Position numbers and translations under genes: made by a program. From assembly GCF_006345805.1 (NCBI RefSeq), contig NW_021825200.1, forward strand, positions 1-16,315: DNA of 16,315 nt, written 5' to 3'. Every line of letters starts with the position of its first letter. The stretch's first letter is position 1. Shown piece after piece: positions 1 to 8,819 of the stretch. The DNA comes from Octopus sinensis. Taxonomy: Eukaryota. The notes under the pieces were generated by a model, which was not told where the DNA came from, did not search any database, and worked only from the letters and a program-made list of their open reading frames with translations.

Positions 1-13
1 TCAAAAGGATCGT

Positions 14-130
14 AAAAGGAAGAAAAGAACGGAAAAAAGAAAAGAAAAAAAGAAGAAAAGGAAAATGAAAAAAGAAGAAAAAAGAGGAAAAAAAGGGGAA
101 GAGGAAAAAAAGGGGAAGAAGAAAAAAAAC
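14..130. repeat. Purine-rich (A/G) low-complexity tract
   Basis: Near-continuous runs of A punctuated by G (aaaagaagaaaag...). Confidence 0.85.
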
Positions 131-332
131 GATCAATAGGGATCGTGTATCACAGTGTCATGATGTATGGTGTAAAGGGGAAAGCAAGTAAGGTTTATCC
201 GTGGGAAGAAAAGCCTATGAAAAAGACCACAGTAACCTCGGTCGATATTGTTATATGTTACCACATTTGTTTGCAAGTGGGTAACCCTCTAAGAATAATA
301 ATAGCATTATGAGTATATTTCGTTTCCTTGTC

Positions 333-696
333 ACTTCCACCTTAGCAAAGGTCGAGGTATTGTTTTTAGTTGTATTTGTTTGTTTGTCCGTGGACAAGAT
401 ATCTCAAGAACCACTGGATGGATTCGGATGAAACTTTCAGGGATGTTTGATCTTGTAACTAGCATTAACTGATTAGATTTTGGGATCAATCTAGTACCAG
501 ACAAGGATTCTGGACTATTTTTCCTGCTTTTTTTTCACTTAACGTTGAGAGCAGTCAGGTTCATTTTTAGCATTCTCGTTTGTGAGAGCAATCGAGTTTA
601 TTTCAGATATTCTCATTTTAAAACTCATCTCCAGCTTATCGTTGAGAGGATGTTGGTGTTACCTTGGCAGGGGTTTGTGCTCTCTGAGTGCTCTTG
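333..696 (+). mobile_element. Non-autonomous Helentron/Helitron2-like element (HINE-like), apparently complete
   Basis: Left-end hairpin acttccacctt-agca-aaggtcgaggt (333-358), right subterminal motif accttggcagggt (661-673) and a short 3' hairpin gtgctc-tct-gagtgc followed by tcttgt. This end architecture resembles Helentron-associated elements (family assignment from recall). A second copy of the 5' part follows at 771. Confidence 0.55.
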
Positions 697-733
<37 letters not shown>

Positions 734-770
734 TATTATTATGATTATTATTATTATTATTATTATTATT
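697..770. repeat. (ATT)n microsatellite
   Basis: Direct reading; source of the poly-Y/poly-I ORFs. Confidence 0.95.
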
Positions 771-882
771 ACCTCTGCCTTAGCGAAGGTGGAGGTATTG
801 TTTTCAGTCATATTTGTTTGTTTACTTGTCTGTGACCAAGATATCTCACGAACCACTGGATAGATTCAGATGGAACTTTCAG
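771..882 (+). mobile_element. 3'-truncated second copy of the 333-696 element
   Basis: acctctgcctt-agcg-aaggtggaggt hairpin, then gtattgtttt...caagatatctc..gaaccactggat.gattc.gatg.aactttcag aligning with 333-440. Confidence 0.7.
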
Positions 883-895
883 TTTGGCAGTCCTA

Positions 896-961
896 TGTGT
901 GTGTGTCTGTGTGTGTGTGTATTAAATTGCAACTTAAAAATAGCTCCAATAATTTAAACAT

Positions 962-1014
<53 letters not shown>

Positions 1015-1062
1015 TATACTATATATATATATATATGATTATATATATATATATATATATAT
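896..1062. repeat. (TG)n (896-920) and (TA)n (about 961-1062) microsatellites
   Basis: Direct reading. Confidence 0.9.
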
Positions 1063-1180
1063 CGAAATTACTACGATGATCCGGTTCTTGACTGAAGACT
1101 GAGGGCTTCGAATGTCCTGTCTGTGTTTGTTGTATCGTCTTCTAAGTTTTATGCGTTCTTGTCTCAGTTTGTATTTTTCT
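1063..1180 (+). mobile_element. Possible retroelement terminal fragment (Penelope-like?) with CTGAAGA motif
   Basis: 1063-1117 aligns ungapped at 36/55 with the reverse complement of 7802-7856, followed by a T-rich tail. Family assignment is inference. Confidence 0.3.
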
Positions 1181-1237
1181 ACATATCATATATATATAAT
1201 ATATATGTATATATATATATATATGTATATATATATG

Positions 1238-1277
<40 letters not shown>

Positions 1278-1378
1278 TATGATGTATATATATATATGTA
1301 TGTATATTATATATGTTATATATATATATATATGATATATATTGTGTATATATATAATGTATATATATATATCTATAT
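1181..1378. repeat. (TA)n-dominated microsatellite
   Basis: Direct reading. Confidence 0.95.
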
Positions 1379-1385
1379 AGATAGA

Positions 1386-1418
<33 letters not shown>

Positions 1419-1457
1419 CGAACGACAGGTAAGTAGGTAGATAGATAGATAGATAGA

Positions 1458-1491
<34 letters not shown>

Positions 1492-1594
1492 GACAGACAG
1501 ATAGATAGATAGTTAGACATAGATAGAGAGACAGACAGACAGACAGACAGGTAGGTAGGCTGATAGACAGATACATACATACATACATATATAT

Positions 1595-1626
<32 letters not shown>

Positions 1627-2360
1627 GTAGATAGATAGATAGATACATACATACGTACATACATATATAGACAGATAGATAGATAGACAGATAGATAGAT
1701 AAATAGACAGACAGACAGGTGATAGATAGATAGATAATACATACGTAAATACAATATAGACAGATAGATAGATAGACAGATAGATAGATAAATAGACAGA
1801 CAGACAGGTTGATAGATAGATAGATACATACATACGTACATACATATATAGACAGATAGATAGATAGACAGATAGATAGATAAATAGACAGACAGACAGG
1901 TTGATAGATAGATAGATACATACATACGTACATACATATATAGACAGATAGATAGATAGAGACAGATAGATAGATAATAGACAGACAGACAGGTTTGATA
2001 GAAGATAGATACATACATACGTACATACATATATAGACAGATAGATAGATAGACAGATAGATAGATAAATAGACAGACAGACAGGTTGATAGATAGATAG
2101 ATACATACATACGTACATACATATATAGACAGATAGATAGATAGACAGATAGATAGATAAATAGACAGACAGACAGGTTGATAGATAGATAGATACATAC
2201 ATACGTACATACATATATAGACAGATAGATAGATAGACAGATAGACGGATAGATAGATAGATAGATAGATAGATAAATAGACAGACAGACAGGTAGGTAG
2301 GTAGAAAAGATAGATAGATAGATAGACAGATAGATAGATCGTTAGGCATAGATAGATATC
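1376..2360. repeat. Compound (GATA)/(GACA)/(CATA) tetranucleotide array containing a ~92-bp higher-order repeat
   Basis: Marker caggt recurs at about 1626, 1718, 1807, 1899, 1992, 2084, 2176 and 2292. Source of the 249-402 aa YLSI/CMYV ORFs. Confidence 0.95.
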
Positions 2361-2514
2361 ATATACCAATGTGGAAAGCAAGTTCAAAGAAGTTATGCCT
2401 TGTTGCTTAGAATAAAGAATGTTGAGATGAATCTAAGATGGAATAATGTACCTGAAGACAGACAGACGGAACAAAATGTATTTTGTTAAACTAGTCGTTA
2501 TAGGCCAAATATTG

Positions 2515-2952
2515 ATGTGTGTGTGTGTGTTTGTGTATATGTGTGTATGTATAAGTGTGTGTGTGCGCGTGTGTGTTTATGAGTGTGTGTGTGTGTTTGT
2601 GTGTACGTGTGTGTGTACGTGTGTGTGTACGTGTGTGTATGTGCGCGCGCGTGTGTGTATGTGTGTGTGTGTGTGTGTGCATGTGTGTTTATGAGTGTGT
2701 GTGGGTATGTGTGTGTGTTTGTGTGTACGTGTGTGTGTGTGTGTGTGCTTGTGTGTATGTGTGTGTATGTATATGTGTGTTTGTGTAAGTGTGTGTATGT
2801 GTGCGCGCATGTGTGTATGTCTCTGTGTGTGCGTGTGTGTTTATGAGTATGTGTGGGTATGTGTGTGTGTTTGTGTGTATGTGTGTGTGTGTGCTTGTGT
2901 GTATGTGTGTGTGTTTGTGTGTATGTGTGTGTGTGACTGCATGTGTGTGTAT
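2515..2952. repeat. Imperfect (GT)n microsatellite
   Basis: Direct reading; ttatgag marker repeated at 2578, 2689 and 2841. Confidence 0.95.
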
Positions 2953-3212
2953 ATCACATGACCATGTGACTGACCAGATCATCAGATGTTGTTACATATC
3001 ACTAGTCACAATGCACTTTGCCATGTTTTAGCCTTTGAATGATGCCAGCCTCCCAATGCCTGGGTGAGTAGGCCCACGTTCCCCCCTGATCGAAAGGGGA
3101 ACTGGGGCAACACAAAATGAAATGTTCTATTCAAGAAGTATGTTACCTAGTCTGGGAATCGAACCCAAAATCTAGAGACCTTGAGTGCAAAATTCTACCT
3201 ACTAGGCCATGT
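2953..3212 (-). mobile_element. Old, degenerate tRNA-derived SINE
   Basis: actggggcaac...aaatgaaatgtt...caag...gggaatcgaaccc...ctactaggccatg parallels the head of the SINE at 11030-11130; B-box-like GGGTTCGATTCCC on the minus strand. Confidence 0.5.
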
Positions 3213-3219
3213 ACATTCA

Positions 3220-3362
3220 TGTGGCTGTATGGTATGAACCACATGGTTCCAGGTTCAGTCCCACAGCATGACAACTTGGGCAAGTGCCTTCTGCTATAGC
3301 CTCTGGCCAGCTAAAGCCTTGTGAGTGGATTTGGTAGGTGGAAACTGAAAGAAGCCCATCAT
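3220..3362 (+). mobile_element. tRNA-derived SINE, family A (5' half, deletion in head)
   Basis: B-box-like ggttcagtccc, acttgggcaag motif and gtgagtggatttggtag..gaaactgaaagaagccc; matches the reverse complement of 7190-7345. Confidence 0.85.
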
Positions 3363-3516
3363 AGGTGTGGCTGTGTGGTAAGAAGCTTGCTTCCCAGCTA
3401 CATAGTTCTGGGTTCAGTCCCACTGCATGGCACCTTGGGTGTCTTCTGCTATAGCCTCAGGCTACCAAAGCCTTGTGAGTGGATTTGGTAGACGGAAACT
3501 GAAAGAAGCCTGTTGT
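3363..3516 (+). mobile_element. tRNA-derived SINE, family A (5' half)
   Basis: gtggctgtgtggtaag A-box-like head, gggttcagtccc B-box, same body as other family A copies, ending in (TA)n. Confidence 0.9.
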
Positions 3517-3601
3517 ATATATGTATATATATTATATATATATATATATATAAATATATATAAGTATATAGATGTATGTATATATGCATATATATATATA
3601 T

Positions 3602-3770
3602 ATCATCATCATCATTATCCTCATTTAACGTCTGTTTTCTGTGCTAGCATGGGTTGGACGGTTCAACCGGGGTCTGGGAAGCCAGGAGGCTGCACCAGGC
3701 TTCAGTCTGATATGGCAGAGATTCTACAGCTGGATGCCCTTCCTAATGCCAACCACTCCGTGAGTGTAGT
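3602..3770 (-). mobile_element. Interspersed retroposon family D (3' end with TGA-type tail on minus strand)
   Basis: (cat)n-tttaacgtc...gctagcatgggttggac...gctggatgcccttcctaa.gccaaccactccgtgagtgtag; homologous to 7545-7796, 13791-13834, 15206-15571 and 15705-15897. Polarity inferred from the tail. Confidence 0.8.
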
Positions 3771-3773
3771 AAT

Positions 3774-3814
<41 letters not shown>

Positions 3815-3869
3815 GATTGTTAGCTACGACACACATTTTTTTCTCTCCTTGTTTTTTTCCCTTTTTTCC

Positions 3870-3968
3870 CTTTCTGTAGAAGAGCGTAGGCTCGAAACGT
3901 AAAAGACTTTTTCTATTCCTGAGCGCTATACTAATACATTTGTTTGTTTATTTTCATAAACTTTCCCT
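3870..3968 (+). ncRNA. Minimal type-I hammerhead-ribozyme-like motif plus conserved downstream segment (Penelope-like terminal repeat remnant)
   Basis: cttt / CTGTAGA-a / gagc-gtag-gctc / GAA-ACGT-A / aaag gives stem I, core, stem II and a palindromic stem III. Second copy at 14255-14388. Confidence 0.6.
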
Positions 3969-4051
3969 TTATATATATATATTTGTGTGTGTGTGTCTGT
4001 GTTTTCCCCCAAGTATAATTTCCATAATCTTACATAATTTTCATCTGTCTT

Positions 4052-4470
4052 AAAATAATAATAATAATGAAATCATTGTATACAGTGCTCAGGTGCACCA
4101 CAACTTGTCAGAGTATATTAAAAGCTTATAATAAATAACTATAAAAGGAAAACGGATCACAAGTAATGCAAGTTGTTATTTAAAAAAGTAGATGCAATAG
4201 GATTTCCCATCCACTCAAGGGACACACTGGTTAGGTCAGGTTAGAGCCCCCTGATGTCTCTGTCCACTTGCTATTGTTCAGATTAGAGACTGATGTACCC
4301 AGAGATGAAGGTGCCTCTCCATATTCTCTTCATGGAAGTCTTGCCCACTTATGTTCTAGTGTTCGCTGAACTTTCTCTGGAGAGCATTTTTTCTTTGTAG
4401 TTAGATCGTATGTGATCTTCTTCTAGCATATTGGTTATCCACCTAGTGGTTTTAGCCCTAAACATACACA
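4052..4470 (-). mobile_element. Probable decayed LINE 3' end
   Basis: Minus strand ends in ...gagcactgtatacaatgatttc(att)n. A minus frame reads KTTRWITNMLEED, loosely like the C-terminal GRPxxRWxDxI motif of RTE-type ORF2 (weak). Confidence 0.35.
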
Positions 4471-4589
4471 TGTATTGAAATTTTTTCTGATTTTTCCGAT
4501 TTTTTATATGCTAGGCTCCTGGTTTTAAATTGATATTAATTAAATTAATATTCAATCTATCTCCCTCGTTATTTAAATTATATATATAT

Positions 4590-5379
4590 TACTCTTTCAC
4601 TCTTTTACTTGTTTCACTCATTTCACTGTGGCCATGCTGGAGCACCACTTTTAGTTGAGCAAATCGACCCCAGGACTTATTCTTTGTAAGCCTAGTACTT
4701 ATTCTATCAGTCTCTTTTGCCGAACCGCTAAGTTACGGGGACGTAGACACACCAGCATCGGTTGTCAAGTGATGTTGGGGGGGACAAACACAGACATGCA
4801 AACACATACACACATGTACATATACATATATATGATGGGCTTCTTTCAGTTTCCGTTTACCAAATCCATTCACAAGGCTTTGGTCGGCCCGAGGCTATAG
4901 TAGAAGACACTTGCCCAAGGTGCCGCGCAGTGGGACTGAACCCGGAACCATTTGGTTTTGGGGGGGGACAAACAGACACGCATACACATACATATATACG
5001 ACGGGCTTCTTTCAGTTTCCATCTACCAAATCCATTCACAAGGCTTTGGTCGGCCCGAGGCTATAGTAGAAGACACTTGCCCAAGGTGCCGCGCAGTGGG
5101 ACTGAACCCGGAACCATTTGGTTTTGGGGGGAGACAAACAGACACGCATACACATACATATATACGACGGGCTTCTTTCAGTTTCCATCTACCAAATCCA
5201 CTCACAAGGCTTTGGTTGGCCCGAGGCTATAGTAGAAGACACTTGCCCAAGATGCCACGCAGTGGGACTGAACCCGGAACCATGTGGTTTTGGGGGGGGA
5301 CAAACAGACACGCATACACATACATATATACGACGGGCTTCTTTAAGTTTCCATCTACCAAATCCACTCGCAAGGCATT
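4590..5379 (-). mobile_element. SINE family A with internal 166-bp tandem amplification (3 units plus 1 partial)
   Basis: 4590-4775 is the SINE 3' half (as 6951-7130). ggacaaac markers at 4783, 4967, 5133 and 5299; ORF offsets 4857/5023/5189 confirm the 166-bp period. Confidence 0.95.
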
Positions 5380-5609
5380 CCACAGACACGTGTACCTTAA
5401 CATAGTTCTCGGGGATAATCAGCATGACACAGAGAGTGACAAGGCTGACCCTTTGAAATACAAGTACAACTCATTTTTGCCAGCTGAGTGGACTGGAGCA
5501 ACGTGAAATAAAGTGCTTTGCTCAAGGACACAACGCGTCGCCGGGAATTGAACTCACAACCTTACGATCGTGAGCCGAATGCCCAAACCAATAAGCCACG
5601 CGCCTTCAC
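5375..5609 (-). mobile_element. tRNA-derived SINE, family B (3'-truncated)
   Basis: Near-identical to 10902-11138 (gcattccacagacacg...ttgctcaaggacacaacgcgtcgccgggaat.gaactcac...aagccacgcgcc). Confidence 0.92.
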
Positions 5610-5842
5610 TATATATATAATGTATATATATATAAATGTATGTATATAAATGTATGTCTATAGAAGAGATGCCAGCCAATGAATCAGCAAGCTGCTTCTA
5701 TGACCTCATTTGGTTAATTAAAACTAACGATAGAAATTCCTTTGAATAAAACTTTACTGTGTTCAAAAAGAGGAAACATTCAACAACGTAGCGCCAGATA
5801 TAAAATGAATCAAAGGTGGGATGGTCACTACTGGAGCATCTT

Positions 5843-6156
5843 TCATTGCCGTCGTCATCATAATCACCACCACCAGCACCGACAAGAACAACAACAACAC
5901 CGTCATAATCATTATCATCACCATCGTCATCACCATCATCATCATCTTCATCATCATCATCATTACCATCATCATCATCATCATCACCTTCATCATCATC
6001 ATCGTCAGCATCATCATCATCATTGTCATCACCATCACCACCACCATCACCACCACCATCATCACCACCACCACCATCATCATCATCACCATCATCATCA
6101 TCATTGTCATCACCATCATCATCATCATTACCATCATCACCATCACCATCATCACC

Positions 6157-6188
<32 letters not shown>

Positions 6189-6432
6189 CACCATCATCAT
6201 CATCATTACCATCATCACCATCACCATTATCACCATCATCATCATCATCATCACCATCATCACCATCACCATCATCATCATCATCATCACCACCACCGCT
6301 ATCATCATCTCCATCACCATCATCATCATCATCATCACCACCACCATCATTATCACCATCACCGCTATCATCATCATAATAATGATAATAATAATAATAT
6401 TAACCATCATCATCATCATCATCGTCATCGTT
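5843..6432. repeat. Long imperfect (CAT/CAC)n trinucleotide microsatellite
   Basis: Direct reading; yields poly-H, poly-I/T, poly-S/P and poly-M/V ORFs in different frames. Confidence 0.97.
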
Positions 6433-6726
6433 GTTGATCACGAGATTACAAACTTTGTACACAGGAAATTCCTTAAAATATCCTCTGGCATTAAAATTGC
6501 GGGGGTGGCAGTGAAGACGGTGAGGGAGTAATTCCCGATGATGGCAATGGTGATGATGACGATGGGGAAGGGGAAGAGGAGGGTCAGCAGCGAATGGTTG
6601 GTGTGGGGGTCGGAAGGGGAGGGTGGCCCGAGAGGGATCGAAAGTAAACAGATAAGACAAGTCTTAATTAAGTATACTTATGTTATGATATGTCTTATCG
6701 TGAAGTTTGAGTCAGACTTCTTCACA

Positions 6727-6950
6727 CGTGTGTTTGGGTGTGTGTGTGTGTGTGCGTGTGTTTTGTGTGTGTTTGCATGTGAATGTGTGTGTGTCTGTAT
6801 GTATAGATGTATGTGTGTGCTGGTATGTGTCTGGTGTGTGTGGGGGTGTGTTTGTGTAAGTGTAACGTTTGCGTGTGGTGTGTATGTATGTACACACACA
6901 CACATATATATATATATAATATATATTATATATATATATATAAAAATATA
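6727..6950. repeat. (GT)n followed by (CA)n/(TA)n microsatellite
   Basis: Direct reading. Confidence 0.9.
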
Positions 6951-7352
6951 TACTCTTTTACTTGTTTCAGTCATTTGACTGCGGCATGCTGGAGCACCAC
7001 CTTTAGTCGAGCAAATCGACCCCGGGACTTATTCTTTGTAAGCCCAGTACTTATTCTATCGATCTCTTTTTGCCGAACCGCTAAGTGATGGGGACGTAAA
7101 CACACCAGCATCGGTTGTCAAGCGATGGTGGGGGGACAAACACAGACACACCAAACATATACACACACACACATATATATATACATATATACGATGGGCT
7201 TCTTTCAGTTTCCGTCTACCAAATCCACTCACAAGGCATTGGTCGGCCCGAGGCTATTGCAGAAGACACTTGCCCAAGGTGCCATGCAGTGGGACTGAAC
7301 CCGGAACCATGTGGCTGGTTAGCAAGCTACTTACCACACAGCCACTTCTGCA

Positions 7353-7354
<2 letters not shown>
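6951..7354 (-). mobile_element. Full-length tRNA-derived SINE, family A (~400 bp, internal microsatellite)
   Basis: Minus strand: A-box-like TGGCTGTGTGG (7334-7344), B-box-like GGTTCAGTCCC (7291-7301), ccttgggcaagtg motif reminiscent of CORE-type SINE domains (recall), internal (TA)/(TG) tract, 3' tail ...gactgaaacaagtaaaagagta. Flanked by (TA)n. Confidence 0.93.
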
Positions 7355-7386
<32 letters not shown>

Positions 7387-7388
7387 AA

Positions 7389-7544
7389 TCTTTTACTTGT
7401 TTCAGTCATTTGACAGCAGCCATGCTGGAGCACTACCTTTTGTCGAGCAAATCGACCCCGGGACTTATTCTTTGTAAGCCTAGTACTTGTTCCATGGATA
7501 TATTTTGCCAAATTGCTAAATAACAGAGAAGTAAACACACCAAT
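7389..7544 (-). mobile_element. SINE family A, 3' half only
   Basis: tcttttacttgtttcagtcatttgac...gcaaatcgaccccgggacttattctttgtaagcc matches 6954-7110. Confidence 0.88.
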
Positions 7545-7796
7545 ATCATCATCATCATCATCATCATTTAACGTCCGTTTTCCATGCTAGCATGGATTGG
7601 ACGGTTCAACTGGGGTCTGGGAAGCCAGGAGGCTGCATCAGGCTCCAGTCTGATCTGGCAGTGTTTCTACGGCTGGATGCCCTTCCTAACGCCAACCACT
7701 CCGTGAGTGTAGTGGGTGCTTTTTAAGTGCCACCTGCACAGGTACCAGACGAGGCTGGCAAACGACCACGATCAGATGGTGCTTCTTACGTGCCAC
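7545..7796 (-). mobile_element. Retroposon family D
   Basis: Same sequence as 3602-3770, extended by gtgctttttaagtgccacc subrepeats; contains a perfect 16-bp palindrome tccatgctagcatgga (7581-7596). Confidence 0.85.
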
Positions 7797-7800
7797 GGAT

Positions 7801-8060
7801 GGGTCATTTGAAATTTTCTTTCCTCAGTCGAGTTTCAGATTATCTTTGCAATTTTGACTGGTTGTGATCGAGATTGCTCAAATCTGGCCAGCCCCAAGGA
7901 AAAACTGAGCTAAGAGCGTTAGATTCCTTGGAAGAAAGTAGTGACTGTATACGAAAACAAGGACAGAAAAGAAAAATGGTGAATTGGTACACAAATACAA
8001 ATGCAAACAACAAGACATAACAACAGGTGTCTTTCGACTAAGGACGAATTAAATTAAGCT
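7801..8060 (-). mobile_element. Possible retroelement terminal fragment related to 1063-1117
   Basis: Reverse complement of 7802-7856 aligns with 1063-1117 and includes CTGAGGA; the extent to 8060 is a guess. Confidence 0.28.
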
Positions 8061-8277
8061 GGCATGTGTGAAAGTGAGGCCTTATGGCAGGGACATAAGC
8101 GATGATGGGCATGTGGAGGAATATAGATGTTGCATGGATGGTAATCAAACCAAGAAAGAAAGGTCAGGCTTGGCTGAACACTGGTCACATGAGAAGAGAG
8201 AAGAGATGTAGAGGCAGTGGGTAGAAGAATTAGGGAGGGACGAAAAAAAGGGAGAGAGTGAAGTGAAGTGAAAGAGG

Positions 8278-8405
8278 GGCAAAATGTCTGTGTGCTCGTC
8301 CTTTATACAAATCCACAATTTTTTAATTAGAGGGCTCGCACTTTCTATGGTCATTCAAAACCGTCCAAGGGTGGTCGTGCACATCTTTACATTTCCCCAG
8401 TCACC
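8278..8405 (+). mobile_element. Partial copy of Helitron-like 5' end
   Basis: Matches 8519-8644; the last ~75 bp are identical. Confidence 0.55.
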
Positions 8406-8509
8406 TGTTGTTAAATGTGTGAAATAATTGCAACTTGTGCTTGTCAGAGAAGTATAACATCTTCACTAAATGCTTTTAACGTGTGATCCACAGCTGCTAG
8501 TTCATTTTA
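8403..8509 (+). repeat. 107-bp direct duplicate of 9116-9222
   Basis: Ungapped at offset 713 with one mismatch (8435 t versus 9148 c). Confidence 0.97.
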
Positions 8510-8770
8510 TATATAAACGGCAAAATGTCTGTGTGTGTCCTTTATGCAAATCCACAATTTTTCAGTTAGAGGGCTCGCACTTTCTATGGTCATTCAAAAC
8601 CGTCCAAGGGTGGTCGTGCACATCTTTACATTTCCCCAGTCACCCCACAAAACCATTAAAAAATCAATAGAAGTGACTCTTTTGTGAATTTTCTATCCAA
8701 AACTCAATCAAAATGCCCAAAACTTGATACACCAATTGAATGCCAGCTAGCTGTATGTGATTGGTCGGAA
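8510..8770 (+). mobile_element. Helitron-like non-autonomous element 5' portion
   Basis: Starts tatataaacggcaaaatgtctgtgtgtgtcc, a typical non-autonomous Helitron 5' layout (tatata, aaa, gtctgt microsatellite; recall). No clear 3' hairpin plus CTRR found. Confidence 0.45.
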
Positions 8771-8819
8771 ATATATATGTGTGTGTGTGTGTGTATACAC
8801 ACACATACATATATTTCTG

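Noticed and set aside
131-295. Non-repetitive block after the purine tract, possibly a retroelement terminus
   Set aside because: Feels familiar as a cephalopod repeat, but there is no second copy, ORF or diagnostic motif in this window.
1179-2387. 402, 278 and 249 aa minus-strand ORFs (YLSI/CMYV repeats)
   Set aside because: Stop-free translation of the tetranucleotide array; no domain content.
2361-2490. Short open frame GKQVQRSYALLLRIKNVEMNLRWNNVPEDRQTEQNVFC between microsatellites
   Set aside because: No recognisable motif or convincing splice sites; length is within chance expectation.
4775-5379. CRISPR-like or retrozyme-like interpretation of the 166-bp array
   Set aside because: Units are near-identical end to end with no unique spacers and no cas genes. 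The minus-strand gaaactgaaaga does not form a hammerhead (8-nt core, no stem II followed by GAAA).
4655-5506. 156-184 aa ORFs with repeated YDGLLSVSIYQIHSQGFG
   Set aside because: Translation of the 166-bp SINE array; the same peptides appear wherever family A occurs (7115-7477, 3217-3423).
5742-6531. Poly-His, poly-Ile and poly-Met ORFs as real genes
   Set aside because: All arise from one CAT/CAC microsatellite; no splice or domain support.
7291-7354. SINE heads (also 11072-11138, 12143-12226, 3363-3425) as tRNA genes
   Set aside because: A/B boxes are present but there is no complete cloverleaf or acceptor stem, and each continues into a repeated SINE body.
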